Program-made: the position numbers and the translations under genes
Assembly (NCBI RefSeq): GCF_000223395.1
Contig: NC_015931.1
Coordinates: 1,620,001 to 1,652,000 of the forward strand
Source of the DNA: Pyrolobus fumarii 1A
GTDB lineage: Archaea; Thermoproteota; Thermoprotei_A; Sulfolobales; Pyrodictiaceae
DNA: 32,000 nt
Direction: 5' to 3'
Part shown: one piece after another, positions 1-8,864 of the stretch
How positions within the stretch are numbered: the first letter of the stretch is position 1
Layout of the letters: each line of letters begins with the position of its first letter
Notes under the pieces: generated by a model
The model's input: only the letters and a program-made list of their open reading frames with translations
Database searches by the model: none
Told to the model about the DNA's origin: nothing

Positions 1-111
1 TGTAGTGAGGGCGCCGAGGAGGTATACGTGCTATTCAACAACGTCTATATGTTTGACGATGCGCGGAGATTCAGGGAGAAGGCGAGAAACGCCGGTCTGG
101 ACGTATCCTAG
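1..111 (+). CDS. 3' end of a DUF72-like protein (partial, runs off the left edge)
   Basis: Frame 1 is open from base 1 to TAG 109-111 and reads CSEGAEEVYVLFNNVYMFDDARRFREKARNAGLDVS. The VYV.FNN....A..F tail matches my recollection of DUF72/UPF0759 C-termini. It is absent from the ORF track because it has no start in the window. Confidence 0.4.
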   Translation, partial: CSEGAEEVYVLFNNVYMFDDARRFREKARNAGLDVS

Positions 112-202
112 TCCTATGGGGCGGTGAGGAGGCTCTACCAGCGATGAGGGCCCCAGTCGCCCCGTGAAGATACCGACCACCAGCCGAGCCCCACACGGCC
201 CC

Positions 203-210
203 GTTTAAAC
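203..210 (+). promoter_or_regulatory. TATA-like box (GTTTAAAC) upstream of the lysK-like gene
   Basis: This AT-rich octamer sits in a GC-rich spacer about 40 nt before the GTG at 248. GGTG lies between it and the start as a possible SD. Confidence 0.3.
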
Positions 211-247
211 GCCGGGAAGCGTAGGCCCTCCTCGCGGTGCTGGACTA

Positions 248-1327
248 GTGGAGGCTAGGCTGCCCAGTCTCGAGCGTATTGTGGAGCATCTCCGTAGGCT
301 TGTGGAGGTCTATGCGCCGACTGGGGAGGAGGAGCGGTTACACCCGGTTCTCCGCGAGATAGCAGAGGAGCTAGGCGCAGACTACGTGATAGACGAGGTC
401 GGGAACTTTTTCATTGTTAGCGGCGACGGCCACCCCAACATTGTTCTTGTGAGTCACCTTGACACCGTGCCCGGCGAGCTACCCGTTCGGGTGGAGGGCA
501 CTACCGTCTGGGGTCGTGGCGCTGTAGATGCGCGCGCCCCGCTCTTGGCGATGGTGTACGCGGCGGCCCTCTACAAAGGGCCGTGCACAGTTTGGGGTGG
601 CGGCGTTGTTGCCGAGGAGGGCGACTCGCGTGGTGCCTGGCACCTGGTACGGAAGGGCGTCAAGCCAGACTACATAATCATTGGCGAGCCTAGCGGCACT
701 ACCGGTGTAGTGATAGGGTATCGAGGCTCTGCACCCAGCAGAGTGGTGTGTAGGGGGAGAGGTGGGCACGGCGCTAGTCCTTGGGATGCAGACTCGGCGC
801 TCGAGAAGCTCATAGACTACTATGTTTCGTTGAGGAACCGATCTGGCAGAAGCTTCAACGAGATAACTGCCGTTGCGACCATCATCAGGGCCGGTGACTA
901 TCCAAACAAGCTCCCAGAGGAGGCGGTGGCACACCTCGATGTTCGTGTGCCGCCAGGCAAGAGCATCGAGGATGTGAGGGCATTCCTAGAGGAGGGTCTA
1001 CCGCGAGACTGTCGCGTAGAGGTACTGGGCTATACGCCAGGGATACGTGTCAGACCCAACGATCCGGTGCCGCGTGCCTTGATACGCGGTTTGATACGCG
1101 AAGGGGCCAAACCGAGAATACTCCTCAAGCACGGCACAAGCGATATGAACATCCTTGCCCAGGTAGCAAGGAGTATCGCAGCGTATGGACCAGGAGACTC
1201 GAGGCTAGCGCACAGCACGGAAGAGAGGGTGGATGCAAAGGAAGTGCTCCTTGCGACGCGCGTCCTCATACACGCTATTCGCGAGCTATGCGAGACACTA
1301 CGACGGAGACAGACGCGACACTCCTAA
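248..1327 (+). CDS. lysK: M20-family deacylase, [LysW]-lysine/ornithine hydrolase (LysK/ArgE-like)
   Basis: 359-aa ORF with a GTG start. It carries M20 metallopeptidase motifs VLVSHLDTVPG, WGRGAVDARAPL, VAEEGDS and IIGEPSG. Its size is typical of archaeal LysK. Confidence 0.75.
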   Translation: MEARLPSLERIVEHLRRLVEVYAPTGEEERLHPVLREIAEELGADYVIDEVGNFFIVSGDGHPNIVLVSHLDTVPGELPVRVEGTTVWGRGAVDARAPLLAMVYAAALYKGPCTVWGGGVVAEEGDSRGAWHLVRKGVKPDYIIIGEPSGTTGVVIGYRGSAPSRVVCRGRGGHGASPWDADSALEKLIDYYVSLRNRSGRSFNEITAVATIIRAGDYPNKLPEEAVAHLDVRVPPGKSIEDVRAFLEEGLPRDCRVEVLGYTPGIRVRPNDPVPRALIRGLIREGAKPRILLKHGTSDMNILAQVARSIAAYGPGDSRLAHSTEERVDAKEVLLATRVLIHAIRELCETLRRRQTRHS

Positions 1328-1970
1328 CGCCACAGAGCCTAGCATGGATGCAGTAGAACTCCTCGTTAATAGGAGCCCAGACCAACACGCCATAACCGCC
1401 AGCCAGTATGACACCCGCAACATCCTCGTCAACACGGTCACCAACATGAACCAACCTACTTGTATCAACTCCGAGGGCCTCGGCAATGGCCTTAAATGCT
1501 CTGACATCCGGCTTAGCAGCACCAATCTCGTCTGAGAACAGGATAGCGTCAAAGAAACCAGCTAACCCAGCAGCCTCCAAAACACGGCGTGTGACCCTGC
1601 CAGGCCAGAAGAGCACGTTACCAAGGATACCGACGCGGAAACCGAGGCTCTTAACCCCCTCGACAGCTTCACGTGCACCAGGAAGCAGTAATTCTCTCGC
1701 AGAACCGACAAGCACACTCTCAACAACAGAGAAGAGGAGATCAACCGTAATGCCTACTTCCCTAGCGACTATCTCGGCACCACGCTTCGCGTCAAACCAA
1801 CCCTCGGACCTCCTAGAGCGTCTAGCCAGCTTAGCACCTCGCTTCAAAGCCTCAAGAACGTTTTCTTGCTCGGTGTTAAGCTCCTCGGCGAGCCTCTGAG
1901 CGATGAGCGAGTAAGCCTTGGTAAGGTTCAAGAGTGTGCCCCACACGTCAAAAGACACTGCGAAGCTCAC
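1275..1970 (-). CDS. HAD-superfamily hydrolase (haloacid dehalogenase-like subfamily IA)
   Basis: 231-aa ORF with a GTG start. FDVWGTLLN is HAD motif I of the D-x-(Y/W)-G-T-L type, and HVGDRVDEDV is motif IV. Its 3' end overlaps the lysK 3' end convergently by 53 nt. Confidence 0.75.
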   Translation of the reverse strand: MSFAVSFDVWGTLLNLTKAYSLIAQRLAEELNTEQENVLEALKRGAKLARRSRRSEGWFDAKRGAEIVAREVGITVDLLFSVVESVLVGSARELLLPGAREAVEGVKSLGFRVGILGNVLFWPGRVTRRVLEAAGLAGFFDAILFSDEIGAAKPDVRAFKAIAEALGVDTSRLVHVGDRVDEDVAGVILAGGYGVLVWAPINEEFYCIHARLCGVRSVASVSVVVSRIARE

Positions 1971-3133
1971 TTGAAGTACACCCTAGGCGATGCGGACAAA
2001 AGCTACAATTTTTAAGCAACTCCCGCGCTGATGACAGAATTAGTGATACACGAGTTATACTAGGTCCAGACTACAAGGAGGCGAAAGACGAGTACATAAC
2101 TAGAAGTTGGGTCGTATATGCTTTGAAACCAGCATCGCGAGAAACACCGGTAATCGAAAATGTTATCAGACTAGCATACAAGCGTGGTGAGGAGAAGCGC
2201 GTGCCAAGCCTGCCACTTGAACTCGAGCCTGTCCTTGCCAAGAGTGTGGCAAAACGGCTACGAGAGCAATACGGGATTACCATTGAGCCTGGCTCGCTCG
2301 TACCAAGAAAGTGCAATGGCAGGGAAATAGGAGTACTCATAGCCATCGAGGGACTAGATGGAGCAGGGACTACAACTACGTCTCTTGCGCTCGCAAGTAT
2401 ACTGCGCTTGTTTGTGAAGAACGGAAAGGCGGTTTACACCAAAGAGCCTACTGATAACCCAATAGGCGTGCTAATCAAGAGCATACTCCGCGGGCATGTC
2501 GACAAATCACTCATGCGCCCTGATATACTCACACATCTATTCATAGCTGATAGGATACACCACGTCTATGAGGAGAACGTAGCTCCGGGTGCTCGTGGAG
2601 TCGTCGGGGCAGTGGCGCAAGGGTACCTCGTTGTCACAGACCGCTACAAGTATAGCAACATAGCCTACCAATCAAGCATGGATGAGACCAACACCTACAC
2701 TATGGAGGATATAATGGCACTCAACGCTGTCACGCCACCAGCGCACATACTCCTATACCTTGATGTTGAGCCAGAGGAGGCCTTGCGAAGAATAACAACT
2801 ACCAGGAAGGTTCTCGAAACAACCGAGAACCTCGAACTTCTCAGAAAAGTGCGTAACGCGTATCAAAAGCTACTTGTCATGCTCAAAGAGAATCCAGAAT
2901 GGCCAGCAGCGAGCCCAGGAGAGACACCATGGGTTACGCATGTTGAGAGGACAACTGGTATAAGCGTTGAATGCATCTATCCACGAGATGCACAGTATCC
3001 CGTCATAATCAAAGTATATGAGCGTGATATGAGCGTCGAGGAGATGTTAGTAGAGTCCCTGACCCGTGTGATAGCCAAACTGGTCGAAACGGGGCATCTA
3101 GTTCAAGAAAACGGGAATGAGCATGGTGTATAG
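1934..3133 (+). CDS. Thymidylate-kinase-like protein with N- and C-terminal extensions and a non-canonical P-loop
   Basis: The Tmk core runs from IAIEGLDGAGTTTTS (nt 2351-2380) through YTKEPTDNPIG and VVTDRYKYSNIAYQ to LYLDVEPEEALRRI. The start is uncertain because 1934 (GTG) overlaps the divergent HAD gene. Other in-frame candidates are TTG 2123, GTG 2201 and GTG 2246, with no in-frame ATG before the kinase core. Confidence 0.7.
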   Translation: MCPTRQKTLRSSLEVHPRRCGQKLQFLSNSRADDRISDTRVILGPDYKEAKDEYITRSWVVYALKPASRETPVIENVIRLAYKRGEEKRVPSLPLELEPVLAKSVAKRLREQYGITIEPGSLVPRKCNGREIGVLIAIEGLDGAGTTTTSLALASILRLFVKNGKAVYTKEPTDNPIGVLIKSILRGHVDKSLMRPDILTHLFIADRIHHVYEENVAPGARGVVGAVAQGYLVVTDRYKYSNIAYQSSMDETNTYTMEDIMALNAVTPPAHILLYLDVEPEEALRRITTTRKVLETTENLELLRKVRNAYQKLLVMLKENPEWPAASPGETPWVTHVERTTGISVECIYPRDAQYPVIIKVYERDMSVEEMLVESLTRVIAKLVETGHLVQENGNEHGV

Positions 3134-3239
3134 CGTAGATGCATTCAACGCTCATACTAGTTGCCCTCTCAACAAGTGTGCTTTGCCCCTCTAGACTCCA
3201 AGATGGCTAGACATAATTCGACATGGTTTCAAGATCGTG

Positions 3240-3247
3240 ATATATCA
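3240..3247 (+). promoter_or_regulatory. TATA box (ATATATCA) for a leaderless NSUN methyltransferase transcript
   Basis: This is the only AT-rich block in the spacer. Its centre lies about 25 nt upstream of the GTG at 3269, the usual TATA-to-TSS distance in archaea. Confidence 0.4.
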
Positions 3248-3268
3248 TTATCGAGTTCTTAGAGGCGC

Positions 3269-4603
3269 GTGCTCTTCGCTATAGCATCTCGGCTATACCT
3301 CCTCGCGAAAACTAGCCAAGCGGGCTGGTGTGGCGTGGTTGATGTCGAACTAGTATGTGGTGCCATACTCGCGATAGTCGAACGCAGTTTTCGCTCCCTT
3401 CGTGCAGTGCTAGAGTCCGGCAAATGGGATGCACCTCGAGGACTTCTACATGCGTTGTGCCTGGGTGTGCTCCGCAACTACAAGTTACTCGTGCGTGCTC
3501 TTCGACGCTGTGGCTTTCGCGGACAAGTGCGTGGAGGTCGACGCGAAGGTTGGGTCCCTATCGTGGCAGCCTATGAGGCCATGTTTAGGCGCGAGGCGGT
3601 ACCCCGAGAGCGTCTCGAAAAGTTCCTCCCGCGTAATGTGGTTGAGTGTCTGTTGCGTCTTGAACCCCGTGACGTCGTCTTGGGGGTGAGTGATCCTCTT
3701 GAGCGGCTCTCGCTGCTTTATAGCATACCGAGGTGGGTGGTTGAGCGGCTCTCGCGTCTATTGCCGCGGGATAGGCTAGAGTCTGTACTGAGAGCCTTCC
3801 AGGAGCCGCCACCCACATACATCCGCTTCAATCGTCTCGTGTTCAACGATGTAGAAGCTGTTGTGGAGGATTTGAAGAGTAGAGGTGTCTATGCAAAACC
3901 AGATCCTGTGCTCGACGATGTGGTTGTTGTTGAGTACATGGAACCTGGAGCTGTTGGGAGGCTCCCCGGCAATCTATACTACATCCAGGATCGGTCGGCA
4001 GCCCTGATAGCTCATGTGCTTGGGCAGGTTGAAGGTGTTGTACTTGACTCGTTCAGCGCGCCCGGCGGTAAGGCAGGACACGTGGCTTGGCGCAACCCTC
4101 GTGTCTCGATAGTCGCGGTTGACCTCTCGCGCCGGAGGCTCCGTGACGAGGCTAGGCTCTTGGCTAGGCAAGGCGTTGATAGGAGAGTAGTTCTAGTGGA
4201 AGGTGATGCTAGACGTCCTCCAGTAAGGAGGGTGGACGCGGCAATCGTGGACCCAGATTGCAGCAGCATTGGTAGGCTCGGTCATAGCCCGGAGACTAGG
4301 CTCTTCCTTGAACAGGCAGGGCCACGCATAATTGAGAGGCTCTCGAGGCTACAATATGAGGGTTTGAAGGCTGCGGCTCTTACAGTGAAAAAGGGCGGTG
4401 TAATCGTCTACTCGACTTGTACGTTGACGCTGGAGGAGAACGAGGGTGTGGTGAAGCGTTTGCTTGACGAGGGGCTCGTGGAGCTCGTGGAGGCGGCGCC
4501 TTGGGTTGGCGAGAGGAGCCCCGTGCTCCCCGAGACGCAACGTGTTTACCCGGATGTTGCGAGGTGTGGCGGCGGGTATACAGCCAAGCTCGTGAGGGTC
4601 TAG
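3269..4603 (+). CDS. RsmB/NOP2/NSUN-family RNA cytosine-C5 methyltransferase
   Basis: 444 aa. Motifs seen: YIQDRSAAL, SAM motif I DSFSAPGGKAGHV, motif IV AAIVDPDCSSIGRLGHSPE, and motif VI VYSTCTLTLEENE (TC cysteine). The N-terminal region is NusB-like and helical. Confidence 0.85.
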   Translation: MLFAIASRLYLLAKTSQAGWCGVVDVELVCGAILAIVERSFRSLRAVLESGKWDAPRGLLHALCLGVLRNYKLLVRALRRCGFRGQVRGGRREGWVPIVAAYEAMFRREAVPRERLEKFLPRNVVECLLRLEPRDVVLGVSDPLERLSLLYSIPRWVVERLSRLLPRDRLESVLRAFQEPPPTYIRFNRLVFNDVEAVVEDLKSRGVYAKPDPVLDDVVVVEYMEPGAVGRLPGNLYYIQDRSAALIAHVLGQVEGVVLDSFSAPGGKAGHVAWRNPRVSIVAVDLSRRRLRDEARLLARQGVDRRVVLVEGDARRPPVRRVDAAIVDPDCSSIGRLGHSPETRLFLEQAGPRIIERLSRLQYEGLKAAALTVKKGGVIVYSTCTLTLEENEGVVKRLLDEGLVELVEAAPWVGERSPVLPETQRVYPDVARCGGGYTAKLVRV

Positions 4604-4641
4604 AGACACCCGGGGCGATGGGGACGCTTGGAAGGGCCGAG

Positions 4642-4668
4642 CGGGCTAGGCGCCGAAAGCCTAGCCTG
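4642..4668 (+). other. Strong hairpin (10-bp stem, 7-nt loop) in the NSUN-psmA spacer
   Basis: CGGGCTAGGC (4642-4651) pairs with GCCTAGCCTG (4659-4668) with one G.U pair, and the loop is GCCGAAA. See the finding on the larger structured element 4618-4711. Confidence 0.5.
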
Positions 4669-4757
4669 GTGAGGAATACGGGGATGCCGAGCCCCCACGT
4701 GGCGTCACCATGTGAGCTTCCAGTTTAGCCTCTAGGAACCGCTTTTACTCCTCCAGT

Positions 4758-5510
4758 GTGACGCCGGAGAGGGGAGTCACGTTGGGATTCCCACCGCAGC
4801 CGACCGTAATGGGCTATGATAGGAGCACTGCGATGTTCTCGCCCGATGGGCGCCTCTTCCAGGTCGAGTATGCATTCGAGGCTGTGCGTAGAGGCTGGAC
4901 AGCCATAGGTGTGCGTGTCAAGGAGGGTGTCGTGCTAGTCGCTGAGAAGAGGAGAACAGCGCCACTCGCGGACATGGAGCAGATGGAGAAGATAATGAAG
5001 ATCGACGAGCATATCGGGGCCAGTAGCGTGGGGCTCGGCGGCGATGGCAGGATACTGATCGACTATGCAAGGCTCGTGGCGATACGGCACCGCCTCCTCT
5101 ATGGCGAGAGGATAAGCGTCGAGTACCTGACTAGACAGGTGTGTGATGTGATGCAGAGTTACACGCAGTTTGGAGGCGTGAGGCCCTTCGGCGTAGCGAT
5201 CATACTGGGTGGTGTTGATGATCGCGGCCCGGCGCTCTTCGTCGCGGAGCCTAGCGGGCAGTACTTCGGCTACAAGGCTGTAGCCCTAGGCAGCGGGTCC
5301 GGTCAAGCGTACGACGTTCTCGAGAAGGAGTATAACGAGGACATGAGCCTAGAGGATGCTATCAAGCTAGCGCTTAAGGCGCTGCTCCGTAGCACCGAGC
5401 AGAAGCCGACAGCAGACCTCATAGAGATAGGCGTGATTGATGTGAAGACTGCTCAGTTCCGTAAGCTGAGTAAGGACGAGAGGGCCAAGCTCCTAGAGCA
5501 AATACAGTAG
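4758..5510 (+). CDS. psmA: Proteasome subunit alpha
   Basis: MGYDRSTAMFSPDGRLFQVEYAFEAV is the canonical alpha-subunit N-terminus. A TATA-like CTTTTAC at 4742-4748 argues that the real start is TTG 4782 or ATG 4809 rather than GTG 4758. Confidence 0.95.
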   Translation: MTPERGVTLGFPPQPTVMGYDRSTAMFSPDGRLFQVEYAFEAVRRGWTAIGVRVKEGVVLVAEKRRTAPLADMEQMEKIMKIDEHIGASSVGLGGDGRILIDYARLVAIRHRLLYGERISVEYLTRQVCDVMQSYTQFGGVRPFGVAIILGGVDDRGPALFVAEPSGQYFGYKAVALGSGSGQAYDVLEKEYNEDMSLEDAIKLALKALLRSTEQKPTADLIEIGVIDVKTAQFRKLSKDERAKLLEQIQ

Positions 5511-5582
5511 AGTATCACGATGTGAGCGGTGGAGTATTAGGTATTGTAGCCCCTCCCCACGTCTTTCAACCAGGGGCTCCGG

Positions 5583-6290
5583 ATGGGTAAGAAGCGTGAG
5601 CAAGAGCACGTGATTGCAAGGCTAGAGGTGGGCGGTAAGAAGTTCGAGGTTCTTGTGAACCCAGATGCTGCTATGAGGCTACGCGAGGGTAAGCAGGTGG
5701 ATCCCGACGAGCTTCTTGTCGGCGACTATGTGTATCGCGATGTACGTAGGGCTTTGAAGGCTAGTCCCGAGGAGCTCAAGAAGGTATTCGGGACGGACGA
5801 TGTGAAGAAGATTGCAGTTGAGATCGTCAAACGCGGCGAGATACAGATGACAACAGAGCAGAGGAGGAGGCTAATAGAGCAGAAGAAGAGGCAAATCATA
5901 ATGTTCATCGCAAAGAACGCTATCGACCCGAGGACGAAGCTCCCGGTGCCGCCGCAGCGCATTGAAGCTGCCATGGAGGAGGCGGGTGTTGGTGTAGACC
6001 CGTTCAAGCCGGTAGAGGAGCAAGCCATGCAGATAATCAAGGCTCTGCAGCGTGTACTGCCACTAAAGATTGCCCGTGCGCTTCTCAAGATAGTAGTGCC
6101 TCCAGAGTTTGCGCCGAGAGTATATGGAGAATTGCAGAGGCTTGGTGAGGTCAAGAGCACGGACTGGAGGACAGATGGTAGTCTTGTAGCTGAGTTGGAA
6201 ATACCGGCGGGGATGCAGCAAGAGGTTATAGACCGCTTGAACAAGTTGACGCGTGGGCAGGTAGAGGTCAAGATACTCTCGGTGGTCTAG
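5583..6290 (+). CDS. sdo1: SBDS/Sdo1 ribosome maturation protein
   Basis: 235 aa. The N-terminal ARLEVGGKKFEVLVNPDAAMRLREGK matches the SBDS FYSH domain. It holds the conserved position between psmA and rrp4 in the archaeal superoperon. Confidence 0.9.
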   Translation: MGKKREQEHVIARLEVGGKKFEVLVNPDAAMRLREGKQVDPDELLVGDYVYRDVRRALKASPEELKKVFGTDDVKKIAVEIVKRGEIQMTTEQRRRLIEQKKRQIIMFIAKNAIDPRTKLPVPPQRIEAAMEEAGVGVDPFKPVEEQAMQIIKALQRVLPLKIARALLKIVVPPEFAPRVYGELQRLGEVKSTDWRTDGSLVAELEIPAGMQQEVIDRLNKLTRGQVEVKILSVV

Positions 6291-6292
6291 CC

Positions 6293-7009
6293 ATGGCGCG
6301 CATATTCGTGCAGAACCGTGACGTAGTGGTGCCAGGCCAGCTGCTAGCAGAAGGTCCCGATGTAGAGCCAGCGTCACCGTACGTTGAGAAGAGGGGTGAC
6401 CGCCTATACTCGACGATACTCGGCTTGGCTGACGTACAGGAGAATAAGATTGGTGTGATCCCGCTAGAAGGGCCGTACATCCCTAAGCCTGGCGACATAG
6501 TCATAGGGCTCATCGTTGATGTCGGTGTGACTCACTGGGAGGTTGACATCAGGGCGCCGTATACGGCCATCCTTACTGCTCAAGAGGCTCTAGACAGGCC
6601 CTTCAATCCTGCTACCGACGACCTCCTAAGATACTACCAGATAGGCGATTACATCGTCGCAAAGGTCACATCCTTTGACCGTACGCATGACCCGTATCTA
6701 ACGGTGAAGGGTAAAGGGCTGGGCAAGATAGTGACGGGGTCCATAGTCGAGATTAAGCCGTCAAGAGTACCGAGGGTCATCGGCAAGAAGGCGTCGATGG
6801 TAAACATGCTGGTCAGCTTGACGGGATGCAACATAGTTGTTGGGCAGAATGGTAGGATACTCGTCCAGTGCCGCGATAAGGATCTTGAGGAGGTTCTCGT
6901 GCTCGCGATTAAGAAGATTGAGAGGGAGGCTCACATACCCGGTTTAACCGACCGGGTCCGTGCGTTCATCGAGGAGGAGTTGAGAAGGAGGGGCGTGAAC
7001 CGTGGCTAA
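6293..7009 (+). CDS. rrp4: Exosome complex RNA-binding subunit Rrp4
   Basis: 238 aa. It has an N-terminal [10 protein letters not shown], an S1 domain ([23 protein letters not shown]) and a KH domain ([25 protein letters not shown]). It starts 2 nt after the sdo1 stop. Confidence 0.9.
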   Translation: MARIFVQNRDVVVPGQLLAEGPDVEPASPYVEKRGDRLYSTILGLADVQENKIGVIPLEGPYIPKPGDIVIGLIVDVGVTHWEVDIRAPYTAILTAQEALDRPFNPATDDLLRYYQIGDYIVAKVTSFDRTHDPYLTVKGKGLGKIVTGSIVEIKPSRVPRVIGKKASMVNMLVSLTGCNIVVGQNGRILVQCRDKDLEEVLVLAIKKIEREAHIPGLTDRVRAFIEEELRRRGVNRG

Positions 7010-7748
7010 GCGCGAACCACCCGTGCCGTTGATAACCAAGACGGAGGAGGGAAGGATAGTACGCCATGATGGGCGTGCACCCGACGAGCTGAGACCCATA
7101 AGGATGGAGGTCGGTGTGCTTAGCAACGCTGATGGCTCGGCCTATGTAGAGTTTGGGAGAACCCGTGTAATAGCAGCGGTCTATGGCCCTCGCGAGGTGC
7201 ACCCGAAGCACATGGCTCTCCCGGATCGCGCATTGATACGGTGCAGGTACCACATGGCGCCCTTCTCTACTGATGAGAGGAAAAGCCCGGCACCCACCCG
7301 TCGCGAGATAGAACTATCTAAGGTCATTCGCGAGGCTCTAGAGCCGGTCGTCTTCACAGAGCTTTACCCGAGGACCACGATAGACATCTTCATCGAGGTT
7401 ATCGAGGCTGATGGGGGTACCAGGACAGCGGCCGTGACTGCAGCGAGTCTCGCGCTTGCCGATGCGGGCGTCCAGATGAGGGATCTCGTGGCGGGCGTGG
7501 CGGTCGGCAAGGTGCAGGGTGTGCTAGTCCTTGACATCGACCAACTTGAGGATGAGTATGGCGAGGCTGACATGCCAGTAGCTATGGCGCCAAGCCTCGG
7601 CTGGGTAACGCTCCTACAGCTTAACGGCGTGTTGAGCCGCGAGGAGTTCAAGGAGGCTATGGCGCTAGCCAGGAAGGGTATAGAGGCGATATACAAGATG
7701 CAGAGGGAGGCTCTTAGGAGGAAGTACGCCGAGGTGAAGACGGTCTAA
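7002..7748 (+). CDS. rrp41: Exosome complex exonuclease Rrp41 (RNase PH domain)
   Basis: 248 aa with [43 protein letters not shown] and [19 protein letters not shown]. It overlaps the rrp4 3' end by 8 nt. Confidence 0.95.
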   Translation: MAKREPPVPLITKTEEGRIVRHDGRAPDELRPIRMEVGVLSNADGSAYVEFGRTRVIAAVYGPREVHPKHMALPDRALIRCRYHMAPFSTDERKSPAPTRREIELSKVIREALEPVVFTELYPRTTIDIFIEVIEADGGTRTAAVTAASLALADAGVQMRDLVAGVAVGKVQGVLVLDIDQLEDEYGEADMPVAMAPSLGWVTLLQLNGVLSREEFKEAMALARKGIEAIYKMQREALRRKYAEVKTV

Positions 7749-7762
7749 GGGGGTGACGTGGC

Positions 7763-8746
7763 GTGAGCGTAACACCGTGGATGCTGCCAGTAGTCCCGAG
7801 GCTAGAGAAGGAGACGATAGAGTCTCTGCTTGAGCGCGGCGCGAGGCTAGACGGTAGGAGGCTAGACCAGATTAGAAGCATAGAGATCATACCAGGTTAC
7901 GTGGGGAAAGCTGAGGGCTCGGCGCTAGTCAAGCTCGGCAACACGATGGTGCTAGCTGGCGTCAAGATGGACATAACGCAGCCATTCCCCGATACCCCTG
8001 ACGAGGCCGTACTAGTGGTGCATGCAGAGTTTGTGCCGCTGGCCTCCCCGGTATTCGAGCCAGGCCCGCCCGACGAGAACGCCATCGAGCTTGCCAGGGT
8101 AGTTGATCGTGCACTTAGAGAGATACGCGCAGTGGCTCTTGACAGGCTAGTGTTGGAGCCCGGCAAGGCCGTCTGGAGGATATACGTTGATATTTACGTG
8201 TTGAACCACGATGGTAACCTTCTCGACGCTTCAATGCTAGCATCAATGGCGGCTCTCATGGCCACAAGAGTGCCCGCTGTCAGGAGGACAGGAGAGGGCT
8301 TCGCAATAGAACGTGGAAGGTACACGGGCCTACTACCGATAAACAATCGTGTAGTTACAGTGACCGTAGCCAAGATAGGCTCTAGGATGGTCGTGGATCC
8401 CTCCTTCGACGAGGAGCTTGTAGCAGATGTTAGACTAGCAGTTGCAGTGTCTGATGATAACAGGATAGCTGGGCTGCAGATGATGGGCATGGGCTACATG
8501 ACCGAGAAGGAGATATCCACAGCAATAGAAATGGCGATGAGGACGGCCCCAGTGCTACTCAAGGCACTACAGGAGAAGGTAGAACCATATCGTAAGAAAC
8601 TCCTCGAAGAGATAATGGAGAAGGGCGAGATAGTCGAAGCGACGATGGAAGCTAGACTAGCGGCGCCAACCAGGAGTATAGAGGAAGCAGTCGAGGACAC
8701 AACCTACGATATCACGCAGACGAGTGGTATAGAGGATCAAGAGTAA
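7763..8746 (+). CDS. rrp42: Exosome complex subunit Rrp42 with an acidic C-terminal extension
   Basis: 327 aa. RLDGRRLDQIRSIEI..GKAEGSALVKLGNTMVLAGVK is the RNase-PH-like fold. The last ~50 aa are extra and Glu-rich. Confidence 0.9.
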   Translation: MSVTPWMLPVVPRLEKETIESLLERGARLDGRRLDQIRSIEIIPGYVGKAEGSALVKLGNTMVLAGVKMDITQPFPDTPDEAVLVVHAEFVPLASPVFEPGPPDENAIELARVVDRALREIRAVALDRLVLEPGKAVWRIYVDIYVLNHDGNLLDASMLASMAALMATRVPAVRRTGEGFAIERGRYTGLLPINNRVVTVTVAKIGSRMVVDPSFDEELVADVRLAVAVSDDNRIAGLQMMGMGYMTEKEISTAIEMAMRTAPVLLKALQEKVEPYRKKLLEEIMEKGEIVEATMEARLAAPTRSIEEAVEDTTYDITQTSGIEDQE

Positions 8747-8763
8747 CGCGGTTTTCACACAAT

Positions 8764-8773
8764 ACGTGTTTTT
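8764..8773 (+). terminator. Oligo-T terminator candidate (ACGTGTTTTT) after rrp42
   Basis: A T5 run lies 18 nt after the rrp42 stop. The identical 10-mer follows the fbp stop at 26065. Confidence 0.4.
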
Positions 8774-8842
8774 GGCTCCTGGTAATGCACCCCGAAGCAC
8801 CTAGTTCTTGACAAGCGGGATTGGGTCTGCACACGGTTGCTA

Positions 8843-8864
8843 CCGTCCATAACCCGTCCATAAC
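8843..8864. repeat. Perfect tandem duplication 2 x CCGTCCATAAC
   Basis: Read directly: 8843-8853 and 8854-8864 are identical 11-mers inside the 298-nt rrp42-rpl37ae spacer. Confidence 0.9.

Noticed and set aside
4618-4711. Interpretation of the structured element upstream of psmA as an H/ACA guide RNA.
   Set aside because: No ACA/ANA box follows the closing helix (the sequence after 4711 is GTGAGC). The pocket would be far larger than in known archaeal H/ACA RNAs. I kept it only as a generic K-turn-like structured RNA.
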